From contig JAIPFG010000002.1 in NCBI GenBank assembly GCA_021736745.1, positions 1 to 43,348 on the forward strand: a stretch of DNA of 43,348 nt. The letters run 5' to 3'. Position numbers and translations under genes: made by a program. Of this stretch, positions 16,401 to 25,421 are shown piece after piece; within the stretch, counting starts at the first letter, position 1, and each line of letters starts with the position of its first letter. Source of the stretch: Pseudomonadales bacterium. Its GTDB lineage: Bacteria; Pseudomonadota; Gammaproteobacteria; Pseudomonadales; IMCC2047. The notes under the pieces were generated by a model. The model was not told the origin of the DNA, ran no database searches, and saw only the letters and a program-made list of their open reading frames with translations.

Positions 16401-18352
16401 CCGCACCAGACCATAGCAAAGGCCTGAGTAAAGAGTTGATTGGTACCTTCGGCATCAACTTCGCCTTCCAACCGATAAATCAGATTGAAATCATGATTCC
16501 AGGCGACCATCCCTTCCCTATCCACTATTTTGTAGGGGTGTTCACCGATAACCTTCAACCCCATGTTTTCTAAAATAGGAATAATGTCTGACAGCGGCAG
16601 TGGTTTTTCCCTGTGGTAAAGGCTGAAATGGACTTCCTCTTCTTCGTCCTCTGCATACTGGTAAAACCAAGTTGTCATGGGGTTGCTATCGGATAAGGAA
16701 AGTATGTGTTGTACGTCCGTCACACCAACGCGAGGCGGAAAGTTATCTCTAAAACTAGAGGGGAAGGCATTATGAAAACGGCGCCCATATAAAATACCCT
16801 GTTCTTCACCGTACCTGTCAACTAACCCCTGAAGCAATTCATCTTGCCAGGAGCGGGTGACATCGATAATCTCCTGGCGGAGTGCCTTCAAGTCATAGTC
16901 ACATTGCTGATTAGGATTTGTGCGTAGGACAAAATGGGTACGTACTAAAATGGATTCACTAAAATAGGTGGTAAACTCCACATTTAGTGCATTAAATGCC
17001 TGAGTGAGAATTGCCTGTATTTTTTTTCTGGTTTCAGTGTTATAGCTTTCCTTCGGCATATAAACGAGGCAGGAAAAAAACTTGCCGTAATGATCTTTGC
17101 GCACAAACAGACGAGTCTGCTGGCGCTCTTTGATTTGAGCCACTCGGGTTATTGTCTGAAAGAGCTCATCAATATCTGTCAGAAATAATTCTTCACGGGG
17201 AAAAGTATCGATAACACGCGCCAGTTGCTTACCCTCATGGCTGTATGGGTACAAACCGGAACGCTGGATAATCTGTTCCACTTTCTTTCTGAGCACGGGA
17301 ATCCGTTGCGCTCTTTCGGTGTACACCGGCAGGCTGTAAAGCCCCAAAAATCCATGTTCACCAATCACTTCCCCCCTATCATTAAACTCTCGTACGGCAA
17401 TATAATCGGGGTAAATGGGGCGATGTACCCGCGCCATACTACCTGATTTCGCAAAACTAAGTATCTGCGGTTTTTCAATGTAAGACTGCAGGTCAGGACT
17501 TAAATCATCCAAATATTTATCTTGAGCAGATTTACGTTTGCGTTTAACCAGTCCAAGTTCTTCGTCTTCTAAATACTTAATCAGTTTTTTATTACCCTCA
17601 ACGACCAGGGAATATTTTTTATAGCCTAAAAAAGTAAAGTTTTGATCTACTAACCAGGTGAGAAAGGTTTCCGACTCCGCCAGTTCCTCACGATTTATCG
17701 GCGGTGGATTTTTTCTTAACCGTTCAACAATCTCATTTACCTGTGCTTTCATCGGCTCAAAATCACTGACCACCGCAGCGACATCCGCCAGGACATCTTC
17801 CAATTCCTCTTCCAACCGGGTGAGTATTTCTTTACCCGCCATGCGGTCGATTTCAAAATACATAAAGGCTTCCGTTTTAAAGCCTTTCATGTCAATCCGG
17901 CAGCCATCCTGGTAATTGCAGATGGTACGATCCTGAAATTTCCCTTTCGGGTTGCGTTTTACCTGAGAAACAATGCTTTGCACTGCATGAATATTGATTT
18001 CCTGGCGTGACAATTCTATCCGAACCGAATCCACCAAAAAGGGCATATCGGTTTGCAGCACCATCACAATGGTATGACTGGATTGCCAAAAGTGCTGGTC
18101 AAAATCAGGGTTGAATACTTTGATTTTCGGCCTTTTGCCATCAAATTCCTGGATGAATTTCCACGCGCTGAGAGTTTGCCCATAAACGTCCGATACATTT
18201 TTACCGGAGAGATCGTCAAACGGTACATTCTGAAAGTAGTCACGTGCAAAAGTGATAACTTTTTCCTGCTGAGCTTTATTTAATTTAGCTTTGAATTCCT
18301 TCTCTAATTGCAGCATACATTTTTTCTTGTCAGCCAGCATGACGCCTTTCAT
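13487..18352 (-). CDS. gdhB: NAD-specific glutamate dehydrogenase, large (about 1600 aa) bacterial type
   Basis: The size is diagnostic. The central GDH catalytic region is VPVGAKGGF...ADKGTATFSD...GGSQGYDHK. The track ORF starts at 18421. The likely true start is Met24 (18352) or Met28 (18340, with GAAAGG 6 nt upstream), because homologs begin near MLADKK.... Confidence 0.9.
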   Translation of the reverse strand: MKGVMLADKKKCMLQLEKEFKAKLNKAQQEKVITFARDYFQNVPFDDLSGKNVSDVYGQTLSAWKFIQEFDGKRPKIKVFNPDFDQHFWQSSHTIVMVLQTDMPFLVDSVRIELSRQEINIHAVQSIVSQVKRNPKGKFQDRTICNYQDGCRIDMKGFKTEAFMYFEIDRMAGKEILTRLEEELEDVLADVAAVVSDFEPMKAQVNEIVERLRKNPPPINREELAESETFLTWLVDQNFTFLGYKKYSLVVEGNKKLIKYLEDEELGLVKRKRKSAQDKYLDDLSPDLQSYIEKPQILSFAKSGSMARVHRPIYPDYIAVREFNDRGEVIGEHGFLGLYSLPVYTERAQRIPVLRKKVEQIIQRSGLYPYSHEGKQLARVIDTFPREELFLTDIDELFQTITRVAQIKERQQTRLFVRKDHYGKFFSCLVYMPKESYNTETRKKIQAILTQAFNALNVEFTTYFSESILVRTHFVLRTNPNQQCDYDLKALRQEIIDVTRSWQDELLQGLVDRYGEEQGILYGRRFHNAFPSSFRDNFPPRVGVTDVQHILSLSDSNPMTTWFYQYAEDEEEEVHFSLYHREKPLPLSDIIPILENMGLKVIGEHPYKIVDREGMVAWNHDFNLIYRLEGEVDAEGTNQLFTQAFAMVWCGLAANDSFNRLVLAAQMDWRSIAFIRACGRYLKQIRLGLSQEYIADTLLRHMEFTRLIVRYFNTKFDPDLKLNYDARQKQLKQLEKEYLALLDQVESLSEDRVLRRYLELNKAMLRTNFFQTQTEGATKEYISFKLDPKQMPDIPLPCPMYEIFVYSNRMEGVHLRGGKVARGGLRWSDRIEDYRTEVLGLVKAQQVKNAVIVPVGAKGGFVAHRTFEMTDREAFMAEGIACYKTFIRGLLDVSDNLLKGKIIPPPRVLRYDEDDPYLVVAADKGTATFSDISNGIAKEYGYWLGDAFASGGSQGYDHKGMGITARGAWVSVQRHFRERGLDVQHTDFTVVGIGDMAGDVFGNGMLLSEHIQLVAAFNHMHIFIDPNPNAAKSFSERKRLFEQPRSSWTDYDRKLISKGGGVYHRSVKSINVSPEMKQRFDIKANQLTPNDLINALLKSPVDMIWNGGIGTYVKATSESHLDVGDKANDAIRINGAQLRAKVVVEGGNLGMTQLGRVEYGLAGGISNTDAIDNAGGVDCSDHEVNIKILLDNLVTAGELTEKQRNKLLVDMTEDVATLVLENNYQQVQAISIAQSSADQYMNEYRRFITYLEETGKLNRALEFLPSDEELAQRDEHGKTLTRPELSVLISYSKAELKEMLVNTTIPDDDYMSQAVETAFPKILTKKYKGAVHQHQLRREIIATQLANDIVNHMGITYVSRMRNSTDAQNEQIAMAYVIARDIFQMPKKWKAIEALDNQVSAKVQTDMMFSLMRLVRHGARWLLRHRRNYGDVKSVIQHFNPGIEKLCKNMPGILCGEPLKQWQKANDELLSTGVPEALAADIASCSAIYFALDIIEATADTGADLDQVAHIFFNLANCLNLHWFRQQIILLDVDTRWHAAVRDTFRDDLDLQLRKLTNAVIKIDSGAPKDPEERVKYWINDHQELLSRWQSMQKELRNAPAVDTAMFTVAIRELMRMEQEE

Positions 18353-18474
18353 TGTTATTGTCCCGTGAATTGTATTTAATGAATGTCCGCTTACGATGCC
18401 CAATCCTGCATAAAAGTGCATTACAATAACGTAAATACACTATGAGCGAAAAGTATAGTTAAGAAAAAAATAAT

Positions 18475-21400
18475 ATGGTTTTTTCAAGCCTTGATAATCA
18501 GCATAAGATGTTAAAAAAATGGCAGTTTTGGGTAGATCGTGGTGGCACCTTCACCGACGTGGTGGCACAGAGTCCCGAAGGTCATATCCTGACCCGAAAA
18601 CTGCTGTCTGAAAATCCCGAGCAGTATGCTGACGCGGCACTCCAAGGTATTCGGGAAATACTTAAAGTGTCACCCCAGGATCGAATTCCTCACAAACTTC
18701 TCCACTCCGTTAAAATGGGGACAACGGTGGCTACCAATGCATTATTGGAACGTAAAGGGACGCCAACCCTGCTAGCCATCACCTGCGGCTTTAAAGATGC
18801 ACTGCGAATTGCTTACCAAAACCGTCCGAACCTTTTTGAACTGGATATTAAACTGCCGAAATTGCTTTACCAGGACGTGGTGGAAATTGATGAACGTATC
18901 AACGCGCAAGGTGAGGTTCTAGTCAGTTTAGATAGGCAGCTAGCGGCGCAACAATTATCTCAGGCTTTTGCTCGTGGCATCCGAGCCATTGCCATCGTGC
19001 TGATGCATGGTTATCGCTACCCTCATCATGAACAAGAACTGGCCAATATTGCTGCCGATATCGGTTTCACCCAAATTTCCACAAGCCACCAGACCAGTCC
19101 ACTGATGAAGCTGGTCAGCCGCGGTGACACTACCGTCGTTGATGCTTACCTTTCACCCATTCTTAGGCAATATATCGACCAGGTTGCCGCCGAACTGGGG
19201 AACACACAACTCATGTTCATGCAGTCCAATGGCGGCTTGGTCAGCGCCGATCTCTTTCAAGGCAAAGACAGTATTCTTTCCGGACCGGCCGGCGGTATTG
19301 TGGGTGCCGTTAAAATCTCTCAGCAGGCAGGTCATCAACGAATTATTGCTTTTGATATGGGCGGCACATCCACCGATGTTTCTCATTTTCAGGGTGAATT
19401 TGAACGCACCTTCGATGCTCAAGTAGCTGGCGTCAGAATGCGCGCACCCATGATGCAAATCCATACAGTTGCTGCCGGTGGCGGTTCTATCCTCAGTTTT
19501 GAAGGTGGTCGTTTTCGTGTCGGGCCAGAGTCCGCAGGGGCTAATCCCGGTCCAGCCAGTTACCGCCGTGGTGGTCCACTCACCGTAACAGATTGCAATC
19601 TGTTGCTGGGAAAACTCAATTCGGATTTCTTTCCCAGGGTTTTTGGCCCGAATGCTGACAGCCCTTTAGACAGTGTCATTGTCGAACAAAAATTTAAACA
19701 GCTAGCCCGCGAAATACAGCAACAGACCGGGAAAATCCTCACACACTTTGCTGTGGCTGAAGGTTTTCTTAAAATTGCCGTCGATAATATGGCTAACGCC
19801 ATTAAACAGATATCCACACAACGTGGTTACGATGTCACGGATTATACCCTCTGTAGTTTCGGCGGCGCTGGCGGACAACATGCTTGCTTAGTCGCCGATG
19901 CATTAGGCATGAAAAAAGTAATTTTGCACCCTTTGGCCGGCGTTCTCTCCGCCTACGGTATGGGGTTGGCCGATATAAGGACCATCCGCCAGCAGGCGGT
20001 GGAAAGTCCACTCTCCAAGCATTTGGTAAAAACATTACAACCAAACTTGCAGAACATGGAAGAGGAGACCCGTCGCAAACTAGTGACACAGGGGGTCAAC
20101 GAGAAGACTATTCGATTCCAGCACACCGCCTATGTGAAATATGACGGCACGGATTCAAGCCTGGCGGTGCCTTTTATTGACTTTCCCCACACGGTTTCTG
20201 CATTTGCAGCAGCACATCAACAGCAATACGGTTTTACTGTCCCTGACAAAACTCTCATTCTGGAGTCCATCGCTGTTGAAGCGGTTGGTCCAGGACATAA
20301 CGAGCATGTCACTTCCCCCACTTTTGGTCCTAGGCCCAATGACTTAAAGGCTATTGCCCGGACATATTTTTTTAGTGGCGGGAAAAATTATCCGGCGCCA
20401 GTTTTTGATAGGCAACTTCTTCATCCAGGCGATCGAATTGACGGTCCGGCCATTATTATAGAAACCACCGGCACCAATATCGTCGAACCAGGATGGCAAG
20501 CACATCTAACCGATTTGGGTAACCTGGAGTTGACGCGGATAACGCCCCTCCCCAACCGAGTAGCGATCGGCACAGAGGCTGATCCGATCATGTTGGAAGT
20601 TTTTAACAATTTGTTTATGTCCATTGCCGAACAAATGGGTGCCGTGTTGGAAAATACGAGTCACTCGGTGAACGTCAAAGAACGCCTGGATTTTTCCTGT
20701 GCGATTTTTGATTCACTAGGCGATTTGGTTGCCAATGCGCCACATATGCCTGTCCATCTAGGTTCTATGGGTGAAAGTGTGAAAAGCATCATTGCCAAAT
20801 TCAGGCAAGATATCCACCCCGGAGACAGCTTTGTCAGCAATGCCCCCTATAATGGTGGCACCCACCTGCCCGACATCACTGTGATCAACCCGGTGTTTGA
20901 TCATAATCATTCCGAAATACTCTTTTTTGTAGCCTCCCGTGGACATCATGCGGACATCGGCGGCATCAGCCCAGGCTCTATGCCGCCAAACAGTACGAGC
21001 GTCGATCAGGAAGGAGTACTGTTCGATAATATCCGGTTATTACGGCAGGGGAAATTCAAAGAGGATGAAATCCGTCACCAGCTGACCTCAGGCCATTATC
21101 CTGCACGTAATCCAGATCAGAACATTGCTGATTTAAAAGCGCAAATGGCCGCCAACACGAAAGGCGCGGGAGAAATGTGGCGCATGATCGAGCACTATGG
21201 GGTTGAGGTGGTTAAGGCCTATATGCGACATGTGCAGAACAACGCAGAAGCTTCCGTCCGCAGAGTTATCGGCGACTTGATGGAGGGTGAATTTATTTAT
21301 CAAATCGATGATTTTGCCACTATCAAGGTAAAAATCTCTTTGGATAAAGAAAATGCCAGCGCCACTGTCGATTTCTCTGGTACCTCCAAACAGTTGCCCA

Positions 21401-22113
21401 ATAATTTCAATGCGCCATCGGCCGTCTGTAAAGCAGCCGTGTTATATGTTTTCAGAACACTGGTGAAGGAAGATATCCCTATGAACCAGGGCTGTCTCAA
21501 GCCGATTCAAATAATTATTCCAGAGGGCTCTCTGTTAAACCCGCGCTATCCTGCCGCTGTCGTCGCCGGCAACGTGGAAACGTCACAGTGGATTGTGAAT
21601 GCATTATATGGTGCCTTGGGCGTGTGCGCTGCGGCTCAGGGCACCATGAATAATTTTACCTTTGGCGATGACAACTATCAGTATTATGAAACCATCGCGG
21701 GGGGGATGGGGGCAGGACCGAGCTTTCATGGCGTTAGCGCGATACAATCGCATATGACCAACTCCCGTCTCACCGACCCTGAAGTGCTAGAATGGCGCTA
21801 CCCAGTATTAGTGGAGGATTTCTCTATCCGCAGGCACAGCGGCGGCCAAGGTAAGTATAGTGGCGGCGACGGAGTCGTTCGGAAAATTCAATTTTTAAAG
21901 CCTATGTCAGCGGCCATCTTGTCTTCTCACCGTCAGACACCGCCCTTTGGTCTTGCTGGCGGGAAACCAGGCGCAGTGGGGAAAAATTACATTCAGCACA
22001 TAAACGGCAAGGTAACTGCACTGAAAGCAACCGACCAGGTGGCAATGAAGAGTGGCAATACCTTTGTGGTCGAAACTCCAGGTGGTGGCGGGTTTGGAAC
22101 GCCGGAACAGTAA
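18475..22113 (+). CDS. ATP-dependent 5-oxoprolinase, fused hydantoinase A/B type
   Basis: 1212 aa. The N-terminus WQFWVDRGGTFTDV is the HyuA signature. The HyuB-type half has PVHLGSM, GGTHLPD and SRLTDPE. An alternative start is Met12 at 18508. Confidence 0.9.
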   Translation: MVFSSLDNQHKMLKKWQFWVDRGGTFTDVVAQSPEGHILTRKLLSENPEQYADAALQGIREILKVSPQDRIPHKLLHSVKMGTTVATNALLERKGTPTLLAITCGFKDALRIAYQNRPNLFELDIKLPKLLYQDVVEIDERINAQGEVLVSLDRQLAAQQLSQAFARGIRAIAIVLMHGYRYPHHEQELANIAADIGFTQISTSHQTSPLMKLVSRGDTTVVDAYLSPILRQYIDQVAAELGNTQLMFMQSNGGLVSADLFQGKDSILSGPAGGIVGAVKISQQAGHQRIIAFDMGGTSTDVSHFQGEFERTFDAQVAGVRMRAPMMQIHTVAAGGGSILSFEGGRFRVGPESAGANPGPASYRRGGPLTVTDCNLLLGKLNSDFFPRVFGPNADSPLDSVIVEQKFKQLAREIQQQTGKILTHFAVAEGFLKIAVDNMANAIKQISTQRGYDVTDYTLCSFGGAGGQHACLVADALGMKKVILHPLAGVLSAYGMGLADIRTIRQQAVESPLSKHLVKTLQPNLQNMEEETRRKLVTQGVNEKTIRFQHTAYVKYDGTDSSLAVPFIDFPHTVSAFAAAHQQQYGFTVPDKTLILESIAVEAVGPGHNEHVTSPTFGPRPNDLKAIARTYFFSGGKNYPAPVFDRQLLHPGDRIDGPAIIIETTGTNIVEPGWQAHLTDLGNLELTRITPLPNRVAIGTEADPIMLEVFNNLFMSIAEQMGAVLENTSHSVNVKERLDFSCAIFDSLGDLVANAPHMPVHLGSMGESVKSIIAKFRQDIHPGDSFVSNAPYNGGTHLPDITVINPVFDHNHSEILFFVASRGHHADIGGISPGSMPPNSTSVDQEGVLFDNIRLLRQGKFKEDEIRHQLTSGHYPARNPDQNIADLKAQMAANTKGAGEMWRMIEHYGVEVVKAYMRHVQNNAEASVRRVIGDLMEGEFIYQIDDFATIKVKISLDKENASATVDFSGTSKQLPNNFNAPSAVCKAAVLYVFRTLVKEDIPMNQGCLKPIQIIIPEGSLLNPRYPAAVVAGNVETSQWIVNALYGALGVCAAAQGTMNNFTFGDDNYQYYETIAGGMGAGPSFHGVSAIQSHMTNSRLTDPEVLEWRYPVLVEDFSIRRHSGGQGKYSGGDGVVRKIQFLKPMSAAILSSHRQTPPFGLAGGKPGAVGKNYIQHINGKVTALKATDQVAMKSGNTFVVETPGGGGFGTPEQ

Positions 22114-22142
22114 AAACGTAAACACCAATCGATGAGTACAGT

Positions 22143-24839
22143 ATGCCCCTTGATCAAGACATTATTCTGACCAAACTTCTACCTCCGACCAACAGCGGTC
22201 GTGTGGTTCATCGTTCACAATTTGACCACTTAATCACAGAACAACCTCAGTGCCCGGTCACACTGATTTGCGCTCCCGCCGGTTATGGCAAATCAACTCT
22301 CATGTCAGAATGGCATCAAAACCTGAACGGACAAAACAGTTTGACATGCTGGCTCTCTCTGGAACAGGAAGAAAACAATGCATTTGCATTGCTGACCTAT
22401 TTTATCGCGGCGCTGACTCATGCCAATGCCATCTCCGGCGTCATTGCACGCAGCCAACTGCTTAACTGGAATGCGGAAAGGTCGACAACCATCATTGCCG
22501 CCCTGATGAGGGAAATTGCTGAGCAACCCTCTTCTATTGTGATGTTTATCGATGATTATCATGCCGTAGATACCCCGGCAATTGCACGTATTATGGAAAC
22601 GCTGATTAATCAATCACCAGACAATTTTTCATTGATTATTGCCAGCAGGAAACGTCCGCAGTTTTCCATAGGCAGCCTAAAAGTGCATCACCGTCTAATG
22701 GAAATCAATGCCAATAGCCTTAGGTTTAGCGAACAGGACGTAGCGCAGTTTATTGGGCAACAGTTAAGCACGCCGCTTGATGAACAAACCATCCATAAAA
22801 TTACTCAACAAACGGAAGGTTGGCCCGCCGCAATCCAATTGGTCACACTCGCCTTAATGGGCACCTCAAACCAACAGGAAATTCTCAATAAAATTTCTGG
22901 CAACGTACTCGATATCGCTGATTATCTTGCCAAAGATGTTCTGGGTAATTTGACCTCGGAAATGCGGCAGTTTTTATTACACACCGCTGTGCTTAATCGT
23001 TTCCAACCAGAACTCTGTGACTGCATTAATCCAGGACAAAACAACCGTCAACTCATTGATCAATGCCTACAGCAGAACCTGTTTTTGATCCCCTTGGATC
23101 AAACCAGAGGATGGTATCGGTATCATTATTTATTCCGGGAGTTTCTGCTCAACCAATTAGCTATCAACCATCCCAAAAAACTGCATGAACTCCATCGGCT
23201 TGCCAGTCATTGGTTTGCCGAAAAGGGACTCATTGACGATGCCGTGTCACATGCCATAGAGGGTCAGGATTTCCCGTTTTTAACAGAATTGGTTGAACGT
23301 CATGCCAAACAGTTTATTACCCGCGGTCATATGACTCAGGTGTTGGAATGGATCAACCGTATTCCTGCTGATTTGATGGCTGACCGCCCTACCATTCCGG
23401 GGTATAAATGTTGTGCATTGTTTCATATGCGGCGCCCTACGGAAGCAGCTGAAGCCTTGCGTGAGGCGGAACAACGACTCGATGAACTGGAAGCCCGCGG
23501 GGAATCAATTCCTGGATTACGGGAAGAACTAAATGTTTACCGCAGTGGAACGGCCGTAGCTGCCGATGATGTTGTCAGAGCCAAAGCCGTTGCTCTGCAA
23601 CCCCTCAGCGCTGCGGTTGAACCCTTCATCCATGGCGCGCAACAGAATATTTTAGGTTATTGTCATTTTGCCGAAGGCGAATACCAACTGGCTCGAGAGG
23701 CATTGGCAAGAGGGAACATTTATCATGCGCAATGTAATTCCACCTACGGCATCGTCTATTCACAATGCTTTTCCGCTCTCGTGGAAATGGCTATCGGCGA
23801 TTTACCCCGGGCGGAGCAACTGTTTAGCCTGGCGGAAAAAACAGCTGAACTGGAAGAAAGCTGGCGCAGCTATATCTCGGCAGAACCCTCACTATATCGC
23901 GGCTGTATCTTATATGAGTGGAATCAAATCGAGGATGCGCGCGAGCTGCTCGAACAAAACCTTCCCTATGTCGAGGAGTGTTCCCAAGCCAGTGCGCCAG
24001 TACTTGGCCACATTGTCATGGCGAAAATTTGTTGGCGTGACGATAATCGTTCCGAAGCCTATGCCCATTTGGCGCGCGCACAGTCAATTTGCCAATCCGC
24101 CAACCTTAAATATCAACGGTTGCTGGTAGCCAATGAGCAAATCCGACTATTAATAGCGGAAGGACAAGTATATCGTGCCTTAGCCACCGCCAATCTATTG
24201 GGTATACAGCCCCATTCGGAAGCGCCTGAGCCCATGCCGCAAGGCTGGGAGCGTGAATCAGGGTTTAAATTACTGATCAAGTCGAGGCTACTCTTGGGGT
24301 TAGGAGAATATACTGAAGCATTATTATTGGTCGATCAATTACTAACGCTGGCAGAAAAGACCGAGACTCGCCGACCGCAATTACTCCTATACATTATGAA
24401 AGCACAGGCTGAATTAATGTTAGAGCAGAAAGGTCTGGCTTATCGGACGATCTGCAGCGCTATCGAAAAGGCACAAACCGGCCCTTACTTCAGTCTGTTT
24501 CTGGAGGAAGCCCCCTTTGTCTTTAAGTTAGTGGCAGCCAGCCCAAATCAAGAAGGAATGTCGATCGCAGGGAAACACTTCTTGGCCCAGTTGGAAAAAC
24601 CAAATACCCCGACGAAGAACAGTCCTAAAACCATCTCTGAGTCAGAGAAATTGAGTCAGCGGGAGGTAGAGATCCTCGTGTTAATTTCTCAGGGTAAGAC
24701 GAATCATCAAATAGCAGAGAAGCTTTTTATTGCCGACAATACCGTCAAATGGCATTTGAAGAATATTTTCGACAAACTGGAAGTGCGTAATCGCACCTCT
24801 GCTGTATTTGTCGGTAAGGCTATGGGGATCATCAAATAA
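22143..24839 (+). CDS. LAL/MalT-type LuxR-family transcriptional regulator (STAND ATPase, TPR-like middle, C-terminal HTH)
   Basis: 898 aa. Walker A is CAPAGYGKST. The C-terminal LuxR HTH is LSQREVEILVLISQGKTNHQIAEKLFIADNTVKWHLKNIFDKL. It starts 29 nt after the oxoprolinase stop. Confidence 0.85.
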   Translation: MPLDQDIILTKLLPPTNSGRVVHRSQFDHLITEQPQCPVTLICAPAGYGKSTLMSEWHQNLNGQNSLTCWLSLEQEENNAFALLTYFIAALTHANAISGVIARSQLLNWNAERSTTIIAALMREIAEQPSSIVMFIDDYHAVDTPAIARIMETLINQSPDNFSLIIASRKRPQFSIGSLKVHHRLMEINANSLRFSEQDVAQFIGQQLSTPLDEQTIHKITQQTEGWPAAIQLVTLALMGTSNQQEILNKISGNVLDIADYLAKDVLGNLTSEMRQFLLHTAVLNRFQPELCDCINPGQNNRQLIDQCLQQNLFLIPLDQTRGWYRYHYLFREFLLNQLAINHPKKLHELHRLASHWFAEKGLIDDAVSHAIEGQDFPFLTELVERHAKQFITRGHMTQVLEWINRIPADLMADRPTIPGYKCCALFHMRRPTEAAEALREAEQRLDELEARGESIPGLREELNVYRSGTAVAADDVVRAKAVALQPLSAAVEPFIHGAQQNILGYCHFAEGEYQLAREALARGNIYHAQCNSTYGIVYSQCFSALVEMAIGDLPRAEQLFSLAEKTAELEESWRSYISAEPSLYRGCILYEWNQIEDARELLEQNLPYVEECSQASAPVLGHIVMAKICWRDDNRSEAYAHLARAQSICQSANLKYQRLLVANEQIRLLIAEGQVYRALATANLLGIQPHSEAPEPMPQGWERESGFKLLIKSRLLLGLGEYTEALLLVDQLLTLAEKTETRRPQLLLYIMKAQAELMLEQKGLAYRTICSAIEKAQTGPYFSLFLEEAPFVFKLVAASPNQEGMSIAGKHFLAQLEKPNTPTKNSPKTISESEKLSQREVEILVLISQGKTNHQIAEKLFIADNTVKWHLKNIFDKLEVRNRTSAVFVGKAMGIIK

Positions 24840-24855
24840 TGTCCCCCGCCTAGGT

Positions 24856-25221
24856 TTAGGCTGATTGAAACAACTTACTTACGATGTACCACTTGCCCTC
24901 TTTTTTAAGCAAATGAAAACTGTTGGTAAAATTCATACCAAGATAATTATTTTCTCGAAGGAGAATGGTTGCCGTATCGCCCGCCACCTCGGCGTGCCCT
25001 ATTATAGCCTCATAGGGTTCACCGGATGACTCCGGACAGGGCGCAGTGGCAACGGTGTGATAAAACACTTCCGGAGTACCGGTAATTAATTGACCGTTCA
25101 GAACTCCATACATGGCCGCTTGCTCATGAAACAACTGTTTCAGACTATTAACATCACCGTAACGGCAGCAGTCAGCGTAGGATTGCAGGACGGAAGCGGG
25201 CATTGTTTGATCGACAGTCAT
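24856..25221 (-). CDS. NTF2-fold protein (SnoaL / putative lumazine-binding-like)
   Basis: 121 aa. The length and the pattern ..F...A.M.G......G....F......SFHLLKKEGKWYIVSKLF fit NTF2-like alpha+beta cone proteins. Confidence 0.6.
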   Translation of the reverse strand: MTVDQTMPASVLQSYADCCRYGDVNSLKQLFHEQAAMYGVLNGQLITGTPEVFYHTVATAPCPESSGEPYEAIIGHAEVAGDTATILLRENNYLGMNFTNSFHLLKKEGKWYIVSKLFQSA

Positions 25222-25421
25222 CTTGGTTTTCTCCTAAATACCAACGATTACAGGTTGTTCTTTGTCTTGACGCAATATGATCCAAAACAGGCGGTATCAC
25301 CCAAACATAGTAAAGATACCAAGAATCAACACCTGCCAATAAGTGTCTGGAGCAATGAGAGGGCTAAACCTCCAATCGCAACCAGGGTTACCATCGTGCA
25401 GCAACATCCTTAGTCATAGGG

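Noticed and set aside
13482-18283. Multiple 60-121-aa ORFs on both strands within the NAD-GDH gene (e.g. 13482-13835, 14159-14500, 15187-15552, 16301-16573, 17658-17915)
   Set aside because: All are nested in a 4.9-kb gene with clear homology along its whole length. They are shadow or off-frame ORFs with no independent support.
18353-18421. N-terminal 23-27 codons of the GDH track ORF (MHFYAGLGIVSGHSLNTIHGTIT)
   Set aside because: Homologous large GDHs begin near the MLADKK/LEKEF region. The internal Met28 has a GAAAGG RBS. The extension is probably untranslated promoter or leader shared with the divergent oxoprolinase gene.
23668-24129. 153-aa alternative-frame ORF inside the LAL regulator gene
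   Set aside because: It lies on the same strand in an overlapping frame of a well-supported 898-aa gene. Its Arg/Ser/Trp-rich composition is typical of off-frame translation. It has no RBS or motifs.
25222-25421. 200-bp gap between the HDAC-like and NTF2-like genes, with short hydrophobic minus-strand ORFs (e.g. MVTLVAIGGLALSLLQTLIGRC, 22 aa) and the 107-aa plus-strand track ORF at 25090-25413
   Set aside because: The short ORFs lack an RBS and are broken between frames. The plus-strand ORF mostly overlaps the NTF2 gene antisense. The gap is more simply an internal promoter region.
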